DNA from: an uncultured Lachnospiraceae bacterium
GTDB lineage: Bacteria > Bacillota > Clostridia > Lachnospirales > Lachnospiraceae
Direction of reading: 5' to 3'
Assembly: GCA_964582385.1 (NCBI GenBank)
Contig: CAZOSE010000004.1
Coordinates: 1-28,002 of the forward strand
Length of the DNA stretch: 28,002 nt
A program made the position numbers and the translations under genes. Under the pieces are notes generated by a model. It searched no databases. It was given only the letters and a program-made list of their open reading frames with translations, and was not told the DNA's origin. Below are positions 8,836 through 18,213 of this stretch, piece by piece (position 1 is the stretch's first letter; every line of letters starts with the position of its first letter).

Positions 8836-9114
8836 TTATCTTCCGTTTACTGCGTCTTTTAAAGCTTTTCCAGGCTTAAACTTTGGAGCGGTTGATGCAG
8901 GTATTGTTATTTCTTCTTTAGTTTGTGGGTTTCTACCTTTTCTTTCTGCTCTTTGAACAGTTTCAAATGTACCAAAACCAACAAGTTGAACTTTTTCACC
9001 TTTTGCAAGTTCATCTGTTACAACAGTTGTGAATGATTTTAACATTTTTTCGGAATCTTTCTTTGAGAATCCTGTTTGCTCTGCAATTGCTGCCACCAAT
9101 TCTGATTTGTTCAT
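8836..9114 (-). CDS. hup: Histone-like DNA-binding protein HU (92 aa)
   Basis: MNKSELVAAIA...VQLVGFGTF...RKGRNPQT...PKFKPGKALKDAV. Strong SD GAGGAGG. Confidence 0.98.
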   Translation of the reverse strand: MNKSELVAAIAEQTGFSKKDSEKMLKSFTTVVTDELAKGEKVQLVGFGTFETVQRAERKGRNPQTKEEITIPASTAPKFKPGKALKDAVNGR

Positions 9115-9250
9115 GGAATAACTCCTCCTCTAAAAGTATTATTATGTTATCGGGAACCTTCTGTTCCCATATAGAGCTCTAAACTCTACTCTGACATTTC
9201 ATTAATGCGTATCCTTGCATTTGGCAAGAATTTCAATCTCTACAAGTCTA

Positions 9251-9279
9251 TTTATAAACTGATTAATGGCATTTGTCAA
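9251..9279 (-). promoter_or_regulatory. Putative sigma-A promoter of hup
   Basis: Minus strand TTGACA-17 nt-TATAAA, about 135 nt upstream of the ATG. Confidence 0.55.
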
Positions 9280-9320
9280 GGAATTTTAAGCATTTATATC
9301 GAAATATCTTAATAATTTAT

Positions 9321-9866
9321 TTATTGTTCCATTTGAGCCCCAAGAAATGCTGCTGCAGTGCCGGCAAGTTGCTCTTGTGTTTCACCAAATTTGACCTTAG
9401 AATCCTGTGTTAACATAATAACAGAACCTATTACATCTCCTTGGCTAATAATTGGGCAAATAACTTGATAGGTACAATCTAAATCTCCATCTATAATTGG
9501 AACGAAGTTTTTGTCGTTTTTTGAAGCCGTAATTACTTCCCTTGCCTCAATTATGTTTTCTAATTCAGAGGAAATTGATTTATCATGTAACTCTCTTTTT
9601 AAACCACCTGCAGTTGCGACTATTTGATCCTTGTCAGACACAGCTACAATGTGTCCTGTTGTTTGAGATAAAGAATCTGCATATTGCTGTGAAAATAAAC
9701 TAAGTTCTCCTATAGGTGAGTATTTCTTTAGAATAATTTCTCCTTCTCTATCTGTAAATATCTCAAGTGGGTCTCCTTCTCTAATGCGCAATGTACGTCT
9801 AATCTCTTTTGGAACCACTACTCGTCCCAAGTCATCTATTCTTCTTACGATTCCTGTGGCTTTCAT
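9321..9866 (-). CDS. spoVT: Stage V sporulation protein T, AbrB-family regulator with GAF domain (181 aa)
   Basis: MKATGIVRRIDDLGRVVVPKEIRRTLRIREGDPLEIF. Start moved to the ATG at 9866 (GGAGGA 7 nt upstream). Confidence 0.97.
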   Translation of the reverse strand: MKATGIVRRIDDLGRVVVPKEIRRTLRIREGDPLEIFTDREGEIILKKYSPIGELSLFSQQYADSLSQTTGHIVAVSDKDQIVATAGGLKRELHDKSISSELENIIEAREVITASKNDKNFVPIIDGDLDCTYQVICPIISQGDVIGSVIMLTQDSKVKFGETQEQLAGTAAAFLGAQMEQ

Positions 9867-9993
9867 AATATAGTCCTCCATCTTGTATAATTAATCTAAT
9901 ATAATATAGATTTACCTATAAATTTATTGTTTGTAAATTCAAGGAATTTATACCTAAAGTAAGGAGGTTTGATAAATTTATTTTAAATAATTA

Positions 9994-10428
9994 TTATTCA
10001 AGTTCTGAAGTACAATTAGGGCACCTAGATGCATCAATATGAATATCTGTATAGCAATAAGGACAATTCTTAACCGTAACAGGTTTTACTGGCTCTTCTT
10101 TTCTTCTCATTCTATTGATAGAACGAACTATAAGAAAAACTACAAAGGCCATTATTATAAAGTTGATAACACCAGTGATAAAGCTTCCATAATTAACGGT
10201 TGCTACACCAAGTTCCTGGGCTTCTGCAAGGGTAGCATATTTTCCTCCATCTAGTGGTATAAACAAGTTTGTAAAGTCAAGCTTGCCTGTAAAAATGCTT
10301 AAAATTGGCATTATTACATCGTTAACTAAAGAGGTTACAATAGCATTAAATGCCCCACCAATTATTACACCCACTGCTAAATCAATCATATTGCCTTTGA
10401 TGGCAAATTCTTTAAATTCCTTTATCAT
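9994..10428 (-). CDS. mscL: Large-conductance mechanosensitive channel MscL with C-terminal zinc ribbon (144 aa)
   Basis: KEFKEFAIKGNMIDLAVGVIIGGAF..IVTSLVNDVIMP and NYGSFI..INFII motifs; C-terminal CPYC-x10-CPNC. Start moved to the ATG at 10428 (AAGGAG about 9-10 nt upstream). Confidence 0.95.
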   Translation of the reverse strand: MIKEFKEFAIKGNMIDLAVGVIIGGAFNAIVTSLVNDVIMPILSIFTGKLDFTNLFIPLDGGKYATLAEAQELGVATVNYGSFITGVINFIIMAFVVFLIVRSINRMRRKEEPVKPVTVKNCPYCYTDIHIDASRCPNCTSELE

Positions 10429-10686
10429 ATACAAAATACTCCTTTCTATACAAGTAATAGGTAAAATTGATTTTCTATGATATTATAATAATATCATTAG
10501 TTTTAACAATTTAAATTATATCATGATTATATGCAAATAACCATATTTTAGTATTATAATAAATTAAAACTTTCTAAGAAATGAAAGTCATAATAGGCTT
10601 TTATTCGGCTATTCTTTATGCTATACTAATTTTTATGTAAAAAATATGTCCCGTATTTACCAATGTTACTGAAAAGGAGTTTATTT

Positions 10687-12186
10687 ATGAAGAGGGGATT
10701 TGATCCACAAAAATACATCGATGAACAATCGAAATATATTTTAAAACGGGTTAATGATTACGACAAGTTATATCTTGAATTCGGTGGCAAAATCATTAAT
10801 GATAAACACGCAAGTCGTGTACTTCCAGGTTTTGATGAAGATGCCAAAATCAAACTACTTTGCAAATTAAGAGAAAAAGTAGAAATTATTATTTGTGTAT
10901 ATGCAGGAGATATTGAACGTAATAAAATACGTGAAGACTTTGGAATTACTTATGACATGGAAGTATTCCGACTGATTGATGATCTTAGATCCTATGATTT
11001 AGAAATTAATAGCGTTGTGATAACTCGTTTTAATAATCAACCTGCTACTTCAGTGTTTATTAACAAGTTAGAAAGAAGAAATATAAAGGTTTATAAACAT
11101 AGGTCTATTGAAGGATATCCAGCAGATATTGATAATATTGTTAGTGAAGAGGGATATGGCAAAAACCAATATATTAAAACCACAAAACCTATTGTTGTAG
11201 CCACCGCCCCAGGTCCAAGTAGTGGCAAACTTGCAACTTGTCTTGGCCAACTCTATCACGAACATAAATTAGGACGTTCAGCAGGTTATGCAAAGTTTGA
11301 AACCTTTCCCGTTTGGAACTTACCATTAAAACATCCAATTAATATTGCTTATGAAGCTGCTACAGTTGATTTAAAAGATGTTAATATGATAGATTCTTTC
11401 CATTTTGACTACTACAATGAGGTAGCTGTAAACTATAATCGTGACTTAGAAATGTTTCCTGTAGTTAAACGAATTATAGAAAGAATCACCGAAAAGGAAT
11501 GTCCTTATAATTCACCTACTGATATGGGAGTTAACCGTGTAGGTTATGGAATTATAGATGACGATATTGTAATAGAGGCTGCAAAACAAGAGGTTATACG
11601 AAGATATTTTCAGACAGTTTGCGAGTTCAAAAAAGGGCTTGCAGAAGAAGAAACTGTTAACCGTATGAAGGTTATTATGGAGGAACTTGAACTTAAGCAA
11701 GAAGATAGAAAGTCAGTCCATCCAGCAAGAGAATATGCACAAAAGAATAAGTCTGTAGAAAACGAAACACCGGCTATAATTGCTCTAGAGCTAGCTGACG
11801 GTAAAGTAGTTACTGGAAAAGAGTCCAGCTTAATGGATAATTGTTCGGCAGGAATTCTAAATGCAATTAAGTATTTGTCCGGAATAGCTGATGAGATTTA
11901 CCTCCTATCCCCTGTAATACTCAATACTATCCAAGGATATAAATCACAGGTTCTAAACAATAAGATTACAACCTTAAGCCTAAATGAAATTCTAATTGCT
12001 CTAAGCATATCCGCAGTAACTAATCCAACTGCCCAACTTGCTTATGACCAATTAACCCACCTAAAAGGAGTACAGGCCCACTCAACCGTTATAATCAACG
12101 AGAACAGTGAACAGCTCCTTCGTAACCTAGAAATAGACCTTACTTGCGATCCTGTATTCTCAAGTGATAACCTGTTCTATATTTAA
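10687..12186 (+). CDS. DUF1846 / UPF0371 family protein of unknown function (499 aa)
   Basis: Recognised motifs [52 protein letters not shown] and SPTDMGVN. Start moved to the ATG at 10687 (AAGGAG 7 nt upstream). Confidence 0.88.
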   Translation: MKRGFDPQKYIDEQSKYILKRVNDYDKLYLEFGGKIINDKHASRVLPGFDEDAKIKLLCKLREKVEIIICVYAGDIERNKIREDFGITYDMEVFRLIDDLRSYDLEINSVVITRFNNQPATSVFINKLERRNIKVYKHRSIEGYPADIDNIVSEEGYGKNQYIKTTKPIVVATAPGPSSGKLATCLGQLYHEHKLGRSAGYAKFETFPVWNLPLKHPINIAYEAATVDLKDVNMIDSFHFDYYNEVAVNYNRDLEMFPVVKRIIERITEKECPYNSPTDMGVNRVGYGIIDDDIVIEAAKQEVIRRYFQTVCEFKKGLAEEETVNRMKVIMEELELKQEDRKSVHPAREYAQKNKSVENETPAIIALELADGKVVTGKESSLMDNCSAGILNAIKYLSGIADEIYLLSPVILNTIQGYKSQVLNNKITTLSLNEILIALSISAVTNPTAQLAYDQLTHLKGVQAHSTVIINENSEQLLRNLEIDLTCDPVFSSDNLFYI

Positions 12187-12200
12187 TCTTATATTTTATT

Positions 12201-12254
12201 AAAATTTTGGGTGTCAAAAGTCCTAATGTGAGAGCTTTTGACACCCGAATTTTT
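12201..12254. terminator. Bidirectional terminator between the convergent DUF1846 and prsA-like genes
   Basis: Perfect 12-bp arms GGGTGTCAAAAG (12209-12220) / CTTTTGACACCC (12235-12246), flanked by A and T tracts. Confidence 0.85.
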
Positions 12255-12256
12255 AT

Positions 12257-13339
12257 TTAATCAAATTGTATTTCATCCCAGATATCTGAGTTTAATTCTA
12301 TTTTAACGTCTTTTTCCCAAGTCTTGAATAGTTCTTGAAACTCATTCATCTGTCTATCGTCAATAATTTCTTCTTTCCTTGCTAGAGTGGCATCTTCATT
12401 ATAGTCATCCTCGCAATAAAGAATTAAATATCCATCTTTGCCCTCAATAATACTGCTTGTTTCACCAGTTTTTAAGGCAAAAGCAGCATCAGCAATATCT
12501 TCTTCAATATCATTTTTACCAAATGTCATCAGAGTCTCTGCACTATCTGTGTTTGCTTTGGCAAAAGAGGCAAAGTCTTCTACTGTAGCTGCCTGATTAA
12601 GTAGTTCCTGAGCTTTTGCATAGGCCACCTTTTTTTCTTCTTCAGTTAAAGAAACCTGGTTGCCCTGGCCATCTACCTTTTTTGTAGTAACAAGTAAATA
12701 GTATATGGTAATTTGTTTAGCCTCTTCATCGGATATATTAGTATCTATATTCATAGTGGTGGCATCATAAACTCTTTCTGCCATTAGGTTATCAAAGAAA
12801 AACTGATATACCACCTCTTCTGTAATACCATAATACTTAATATCGTCTTTGGTTAAATTCTTTAAATAATCTGAAGAATCCTTTTTAATTATCATTTCAT
12901 CTTCTTCGGTTATAACAACACCATATTCATTCCACTGCTTTTTTGCAATTTTTCTCTCTGTTATTATGTCAATAACGTCTTGTTTTGCTAGCTCCCCTAT
13001 TGTTTTATCTCCTAGATCATAATCCCAGATTGTATCTCCAAATATATCTTCATAATAATTTTGAATATATTTTAAGTATAATACAACTTCACTATATGAT
13101 ACCTTCTCATCATCAACACTTAGTATTGTTTTGCCTACAAAATGATTATCACTAACCGCGTTAGATAAAGCATCTTCAGATTCCCCTTTGTCTGACTTTG
13201 AATTTAAATCTTCATCTTGTACTACTGATTTTTTATCATCCTTATCACTCTTGTTAGAACAAGCAGTAACTAGGAGAATCAGCATTGTCAAGGTTAGTAA
13301 AATGTGAAGATAGTTCCGTTTTATCTTGCTGTTTCCCAT
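12257..13339 (-). CDS. PrsA-like parvulin-type peptidyl-prolyl isomerase / foldase lipoprotein (360 aa)
   Basis: Signal peptide with lipobox LVTAC, SurA-N-like helical region and rotamase-like DAAFALKTGETS.II..KDGY. Directly downstream of mfd, where prsA is usual in clostridia. Start moved to the ATG at 13339 (GGAGA 5 nt upstream). Confidence 0.8.
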   Translation of the reverse strand: MGNSKIKRNYLHILLTLTMLILLVTACSNKSDKDDKKSVVQDEDLNSKSDKGESEDALSNAVSDNHFVGKTILSVDDEKVSYSEVVLYLKYIQNYYEDIFGDTIWDYDLGDKTIGELAKQDVIDIITERKIAKKQWNEYGVVITEEDEMIIKKDSSDYLKNLTKDDIKYYGITEEVVYQFFFDNLMAERVYDATTMNIDTNISDEEAKQITIYYLLVTTKKVDGQGNQVSLTEEEKKVAYAKAQELLNQAATVEDFASFAKANTDSAETLMTFGKNDIEEDIADAAFALKTGETSSIIEGKDGYLILYCEDDYNEDATLARKEEIIDDRQMNEFQELFKTWEKDVKIELNSDIWDEIQFD

Positions 13340-13387
13340 AATATTCTCCAATCTTAGTATTAATAGTTAAAGTATAATTTATTTCTC

Positions 13388-16300
13388 TTATAGTAACAAG
13401 CCTTTAATGTCTGCCAGCAATTCTTTTGCTATAGCAAATACATTATTACTGTCATCATTTCCTTGCTTGTTTAAATTTTGTTTATTTAGATTTTCTTTAT
13501 TTAATTTATGCTTACTTAGTTTTTTGTTATGTTGATTACCCATACTATGAACCTTTATTTTCTTTTCCTCTTCAAAGGTATAAGTAAAGTATGGTGGTAT
13601 TTCTGGGTGGAGTTTTAGAAAAGGCTTATATTTCTTAACTAGTTCAGGTATTTTCTCCACCTTAATATTTGCTTTACCATACATAATCATTTTTATTTGA
13701 TTATTACGATAGGTAAACTCAGTAATGTAGGCATCATGGGCCTCTGATTTTAAAAGAGCTATTTTTAAAAGGTTATTCACAGATTCAGGCAAATCACCAA
13801 ACCTATCAATAAGCTCATCTTGCATATCTATAAATTCTTCTTCATTTTCAATTTCTGCAATTCTCTTATATATATCTAACTTTTGAGATTCATTGCTTAT
13901 ATATCTATTTGGAATAAATGCATCAACATTCATATCTACAGTAGTTTCGAAGATATCTTTATCTGAATAATCTCCTTTTAGAGATCTGATTGCCTGATTA
14001 AGCATTTTTACATACAAATCATAACCTACTGCTTCCATATGACCACTTTGTTTAGCCCCAAGTATATTGCCTGCTCCCCTTATTTGCAAGTCTCGCATTG
14101 CAATTTTAATCCCTGAACCTAGTTCTGTAAATTCCTTTATCGCTTGTAGCCTTTTTTCTGCTATTTCTTTTAACACCTTATTCCTTCTATACATTAAGAA
14201 TGCATAGGAAGTCCTATTAGAGCGTCCAACCCTTCCTCTAAGTTGATATAGCTGGGAAAGTCCAAGCCTATCTGCATCATCTATAATAATTGTATTGACA
14301 TTTGGAATATCAAGGCCAGTCTCAATTATTGTGGTAGATATCAACACATCAATATCATTATTTATAAAGTCAAACATAATTCGCTCTAGTTGTCTTTCTG
14401 GCATTTGTCCATGGGCCACAGCTACTGTTGCATCCGGTACAATTTTTCTAATTTTGCCAGCTATCTCATCAATATCCTTTACTCGATTATAAACATAATA
14501 TATTTGGCCATCACGTGCTATTTCACGATTTATTGCTTCTCTAACTATTTCATCATTTCTTTCTAAGACATAAGTTTGGATTGGATACCTGTCTACCGGG
14601 GGCTCCTCTAGGGTACTCATGTCCCTTATGCCAATAAGGCTCATATGAAGTGTTCTAGGTATAGGTGTGGCCGTTAAGGTAAGTACATCGATATCTGCCT
14701 TCAATTGCTTGATTTTTTCTTTGTGGCCAACTCCAAATCGTTGCTCCTCATCTATAATAAGCAAGCCCAAGTCCTTATAGATAATGTCTTTTGACAATAA
14801 ACGGTGGGTGCCAATAATTATATCTACATTTCCTTTTCTTACTCTTTCTATAGTCTTTTTTTGGTCTGTTGAAGTTTTAAATCGAGATAAAAGATCAACA
14901 TTAATAGGGTAATCCTTCATCCTTTGAGAAAAGTTATTATAATGTTGCTGGGCTAATATTGTTGTTGGCACAAGAAAAGCAACCTGCTTACCATCAATAA
15001 CTGCTTTAAAAGCAGCACGTATAGCTATTTCTGTTTTCCCATAACCAACATCTCCGCAAACTAGTCGGTCCATAATCTTGTTACTTTCCATATCACCTTT
15101 TGTATCTGCAATGGCTTTTAATTGATCTTCTGTTTCTTCATAAGGAAATGTCTCTTCAAACTCGTGCTGCCATACAGTATCAGTGCTATATCTATAACCT
15201 GGTTTTTCACTTCTAATTGCATATAATTCTACAAGTTCCTTAGCAATCTCTTTTACTTCACCTTTTACTCTACTTTTTGTTTTTTTCCATTCTGGAGAAT
15301 TTAATTTGTTAAGCTTTGGTTTCTTGCTATCGCTACTTGCATACTTTTGTAATAAATCTAAGGCTGTAGCAAGTATATAAAGCACTCCCCCATCTCCATA
15401 TTCAATTTTCAAATAATCTTTTTCTTTTCCATCAACTTCAAGCTTTGTAAGTCCTTGATATATACCAAGTCCATGGTTTTCATGGATAACATAATCTCCG
15501 TAAGAAAGTTCCGCAAAACTTTGAATCTTCTTCCCTTCACGGTTACTACGCTTTCTTCTTTTCCTTTTCTTTTGTCTTCCAAAAATATCACTTTCAGATA
15601 TGATAACAAACTTAATAAAAGGATATTCAAATCCCCTATGCAAGCTTCCTGTAGAAACCATGATTTCACCCTCTTGCACCTGCCTATTTAAGTCTTGGCT
15701 TAAGAAAGCATTTAACTCTTGCTGCTGCAACTGGTCACTTAATCTCATGGCCCTTGTCTGTGAAGTTGATAACAAAAGTATCCTATATCCATCTCTCTTC
15801 CACTTACCTAGGTCTTTAACTAATAAATCAAAATTATTATTATAAGGATTTACAGAACGTACTGTTAAGTTAAGTTTTGCTTTTACATTAAACTCTGTCT
15901 GCCTTGAGTCCATAGTACTAATTAGTAGAAGATTTTTTTGATGCAAAGTGGCTAGTAGTTCTTTATAACTGTATATAGAATCTATTTGGCCTGATAAGAC
16001 ATATCCTTTTTCTAACCTGTTAATCATACTTTCTCTAAATTCTGTTTCAACTGCCTCTGCCTTTTCAATAACTCTATTTGGCTCGTCAATAAAGATAATT
16101 GAATTATCACTTTTAAAATAATCAAAGAGAGAAACTGTTTCGTCATAAAAATATTGTATATAACTATTTATTCCTACATAACCAGAAAAGTTTTCTAAAT
16201 TACTTGAGAACTCTTCTACTGTACTTTTTAAGCGGTAAGCTTCCTCGGTTTTCATTTCATCTCTTAGCTTTTTAACCTGTTCATCCTTATCTTTTTCAAT

Positions 16301-17017
16301 CTTAGAAAGGCCATCTCTTATGGTGTCTCTATCTAGTAAATACTCTGAGGCAGGATATATAACAATATTTTCTAGATTCTCAACTGAAAGCTGACTACCC
16401 ACATCAAAATATCTTATTGAATCAACTTCATCTCCCCACAATTCAACCCTAATAGGATTATCTTCGCTAGGTGAAAATATATCTATAATTCCACCTCTTA
16501 TGGCAAATTCTCCAGGTCTTTCTACTTGACCTAGCCTTTCATAACCCATTTTAACTAGTTGAGAAGATAACGAAGTAAGGTTCGTGATGCTTGATTCACT
16601 TATAGTTACAATACTATCTTCAATAAAATTTAAGGGTAGAATTTTATCCATTCCACTTTCTATTGTAGTAATAATAGTTGTGGGTTTTCTTTCAATTAAC
16701 CTTCTAAGTATTTTTAATCTATCATTTATAATTGCATTACCATGAATATCTGCACTATAGAAAATAATATCCTTAGCTGGATACATAAACACATCTTTAT
16801 CAAATAAGAGGTAGTCCTCATAAATTTCTTTGGCCTTAATTTCATCATAAGTAATTATTAGTTTCCAAGGAATACCCGAACTTAATCCACTTATAAAGTG
16901 ACACTTTTGTGAATCTATACAACCTGTAATTTGTATAGGAGTATTTTTCTTTTTTAAATTATCCAATACTTCATTAAATTCATTTAATTCCTGTAAAGGA
17001 CTATAAAATGTTTTCAA
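13388..17017 (-). CDS. mfd: Transcription-repair coupling factor Mfd (about 1209 aa)
   Basis: UvrB-like N-terminus ([13 protein letters not shown]), CarD/RID domain ([12 protein letters not shown]), [31 protein letters not shown] and TRG motif [15 protein letters not shown] start at 17017 has SD GAGGGG 6 nt upstream; the track's GTG at 17032 is an alternative. Confidence 0.98.
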   Translation of the reverse strand: MKTFYSPLQELNEFNEVLDNLKKKNTPIQITGCIDSQKCHFISGLSSGIPWKLIITYDEIKAKEIYEDYLLFDKDVFMYPAKDIIFYSADIHGNAIINDRLKILRRLIERKPTTIITTIESGMDKILPLNFIEDSIVTISESSITNLTSLSSQLVKMGYERLGQVERPGEFAIRGGIIDIFSPSEDNPIRVELWGDEVDSIRYFDVGSQLSVENLENIVIYPASEYLLDRDTIRDGLSKIEKDKDEQVKKLRDEMKTEEAYRLKSTVEEFSSNLENFSGYVGINSYIQYFYDETVSLFDYFKSDNSIIFIDEPNRVIEKAEAVETEFRESMINRLEKGYVLSGQIDSIYSYKELLATLHQKNLLLISTMDSRQTEFNVKAKLNLTVRSVNPYNNNFDLLVKDLGKWKRDGYRILLLSTSQTRAMRLSDQLQQQELNAFLSQDLNRQVQEGEIMVSTGSLHRGFEYPFIKFVIISESDIFGRQKKRKRRKRSNREGKKIQSFAELSYGDYVIHENHGLGIYQGLTKLEVDGKEKDYLKIEYGDGGVLYILATALDLLQKYASSDSKKPKLNKLNSPEWKKTKSRVKGEVKEIAKELVELYAIRSEKPGYRYSTDTVWQHEFEETFPYEETEDQLKAIADTKGDMESNKIMDRLVCGDVGYGKTEIAIRAAFKAVIDGKQVAFLVPTTILAQQHYNNFSQRMKDYPINVDLLSRFKTSTDQKKTIERVRKGNVDIIIGTHRLLSKDIIYKDLGLLIIDEEQRFGVGHKEKIKQLKADIDVLTLTATPIPRTLHMSLIGIRDMSTLEEPPVDRYPIQTYVLERNDEIVREAINREIARDGQIYYVYNRVKDIDEIAGKIRKIVPDATVAVAHGQMPERQLERIMFDFINNDIDVLISTTIIETGLDIPNVNTIIIDDADRLGLSQLYQLRGRVGRSNRTSYAFLMYRRNKVLKEIAEKRLQAIKEFTELGSGIKIAMRDLQIRGAGNILGAKQSGHMEAVGYDLYVKMLNQAIRSLKGDYSDKDIFETTVDMNVDAFIPNRYISNESQKLDIYKRIAEIENEEEFIDMQDELIDRFGDLPESVNNLLKIALLKSEAHDAYITEFTYRNNQIKMIMYGKANIKVEKIPELVKKYKPFLKLHPEIPPYFTYTFEEEKKIKVHSMGNQHNKKLSKHKLNKENLNKQNLNKQGNDDSNNVFAIAKELLADIKGLLL

Positions 17018-17021
17018 TTTA

Positions 17022-17603
17022 TTACCCCTCACCTACATCTTTTCTTCTATTATAAATATTCATTGCTTCTGTTATACCTTCACCTACTAAGGTCTTAGCT
17101 GCATCTGAAGTATCTTTTAGTGAATCTCTTAGGATTTTATTCTCTCCATCAGAGAACTTAGATAAAACATAATCTACTAGATCCCACTCACTAGGCTTCT
17201 TACCAACACCTATTCTTATTCTAGGAAAATCTTGGGTCCCAAGGTGCTGGATAATACTTTTTATTCCATTATGTCCTCCAGCACTTCCACTTTTTCGAAT
17301 TCTAAGCTGTCCAACATCTAAATTAACATCATCATAAATAACTATAATATCTTGGGGAGAAACTTTGTAGAAATCTACTAATGCCCTAACACTCTCGCCA
17401 CTTAAATTCATATAAGTTTGAGGTTGTGCAAGGATCACTTTCTCTCCACCAATAAATCCTGTTCCACAAATCCCTTTATGTTTATTGGTATTTAAAGATA
17501 TATTGAAGTCATCAGATATTCTAGTAACTGCATCAAAGCCAATATTATGCCTTGTCCCAATATATTTTCTTCCTGGATTGCCCAGTCCTATTATTATATA
17601 CAT
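17022..17603 (-). CDS. pth: Peptidyl-tRNA hydrolase (193 aa)
   Basis: IIGLGNPG..Y..TRHNIGF, PQTYMNLSG, YDD and GSAGGHNGIKSI motifs. Confidence 0.98.
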   Translation of the reverse strand: MYIIIGLGNPGRKYIGTRHNIGFDAVTRISDDFNISLNTNKHKGICGTGFIGGEKVILAQPQTYMNLSGESVRALVDFYKVSPQDIIVIYDDVNLDVGQLRIRKSGSAGGHNGIKSIIQHLGTQDFPRIRIGVGKKPSEWDLVDYVLSKFSDGENKILRDSLKDTSDAAKTLVGEGITEAMNIYNRRKDVGEG

Positions 17604-17804
17604 ATTACCATTCCTCTTCTTTGTCTTAGCAAACAGATTAGACCATGAAACTCATAACAAAGTTGTGCTAATAATAGCTGCTATGATTCCCATGGTTTTT
17701 TTGCTTATCTTTTGCCTATTTAATATTATTTTTATCTTATCTTTATCTTTTCATAAATCCTTCTTTATAAGACTACTTACCATAAAAATGTAATCTTACA
17801 GAAC

Positions 17805-17833
17805 ATTATAGGTTAATATAATTTGAAAGGCAA
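17805..17833 (-). promoter_or_regulatory. Putative sigma-A promoter of pth-mfd
   Basis: Minus strand TTGCCT-17 nt-TATAAT, just past the spoVG terminator. Confidence 0.55.
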
Positions 17834-17846
17834 TATCATTATACGC

Positions 17847-17889
17847 AAAAAAGCAAGATATCATAACCAATAATGGTCGACATCTTGCT
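17847..17889 (-). terminator. Intrinsic terminator after spoVG
   Basis: Arms AGCAAGAT (17852-17859) / ATCTTGCT (17882-17889) with an inner ACCA/TGGT stem, followed by a T tract on the minus strand. Confidence 0.8.
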
Positions 17890-17934
17890 CTTTTCTATAA
17901 TAACAAAAATAACAAATAAAATATTATAGAGTTA

Positions 17935-18213
17935 TTAAAGTATTTCTTCCTCAACTTCATCAGATACATTTAAATAACTTTCCAAGATTATATCTTGAAT
18001 TCTTTGTCTAGTTTCTGAATTAATAGGGTGTGCGATATCTCTATATTCTCCGTCACCTGCTTTGCGACTTGGCATTGCAATAAACAATCCCTTCTCGCCT
18101 TCAATTACCTTAATATCATGAACCACAAAATCACCGTCTAATGTAATTGATACAACCGCTTTCATTTTTCCCTCTTTGTTTATTTTGCGTACTCGCACAT
18201 CTGTAATTTCCAT
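17935..18213 (-). CDS. spoVG: Septation regulator / nucleic-acid-binding protein SpoVG (92 aa)
   Basis: [10 protein letters not shown]...[34 protein letters not shown]...YRDIAHPIN. Confidence 0.98.
   Translation of the reverse strand: MEITDVRVRKINKEGKMKAVVSITLDGDFVVHDIKVIEGEKGLFIAMPSRKAGDGEYRDIAHPINSETRQRIQDIILESYLNVSDEVEEEIL

Noticed and set aside
9961-9986. Perfect AAGGAGG on the plus strand between spoVT and mscL (an anti-SD on the spoVT strand)
   Set aside because: It is followed only by a 5-codon TTG frame, and it could pair just 5 bp with the spoVT RBS about 80 nt away. That is too weak to call.
12209-12246. GGGTGTCAAAAG / CTTTTGACACCC inverted repeat as insertion-sequence ends
   Set aside because: There is no transposase or target duplication. 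Its position between convergent genes with A/T tails is fully explained as a bidirectional terminator.
17485-17793. 102-aa hydrophobic plus-strand ORF, or its 36-aa tail, as a membrane protein or type I toxin
   Set aside because: It overlaps pth in antisense and has no SD before the internal ATGs. Its hydrophobicity is explained by T-rich sequence.
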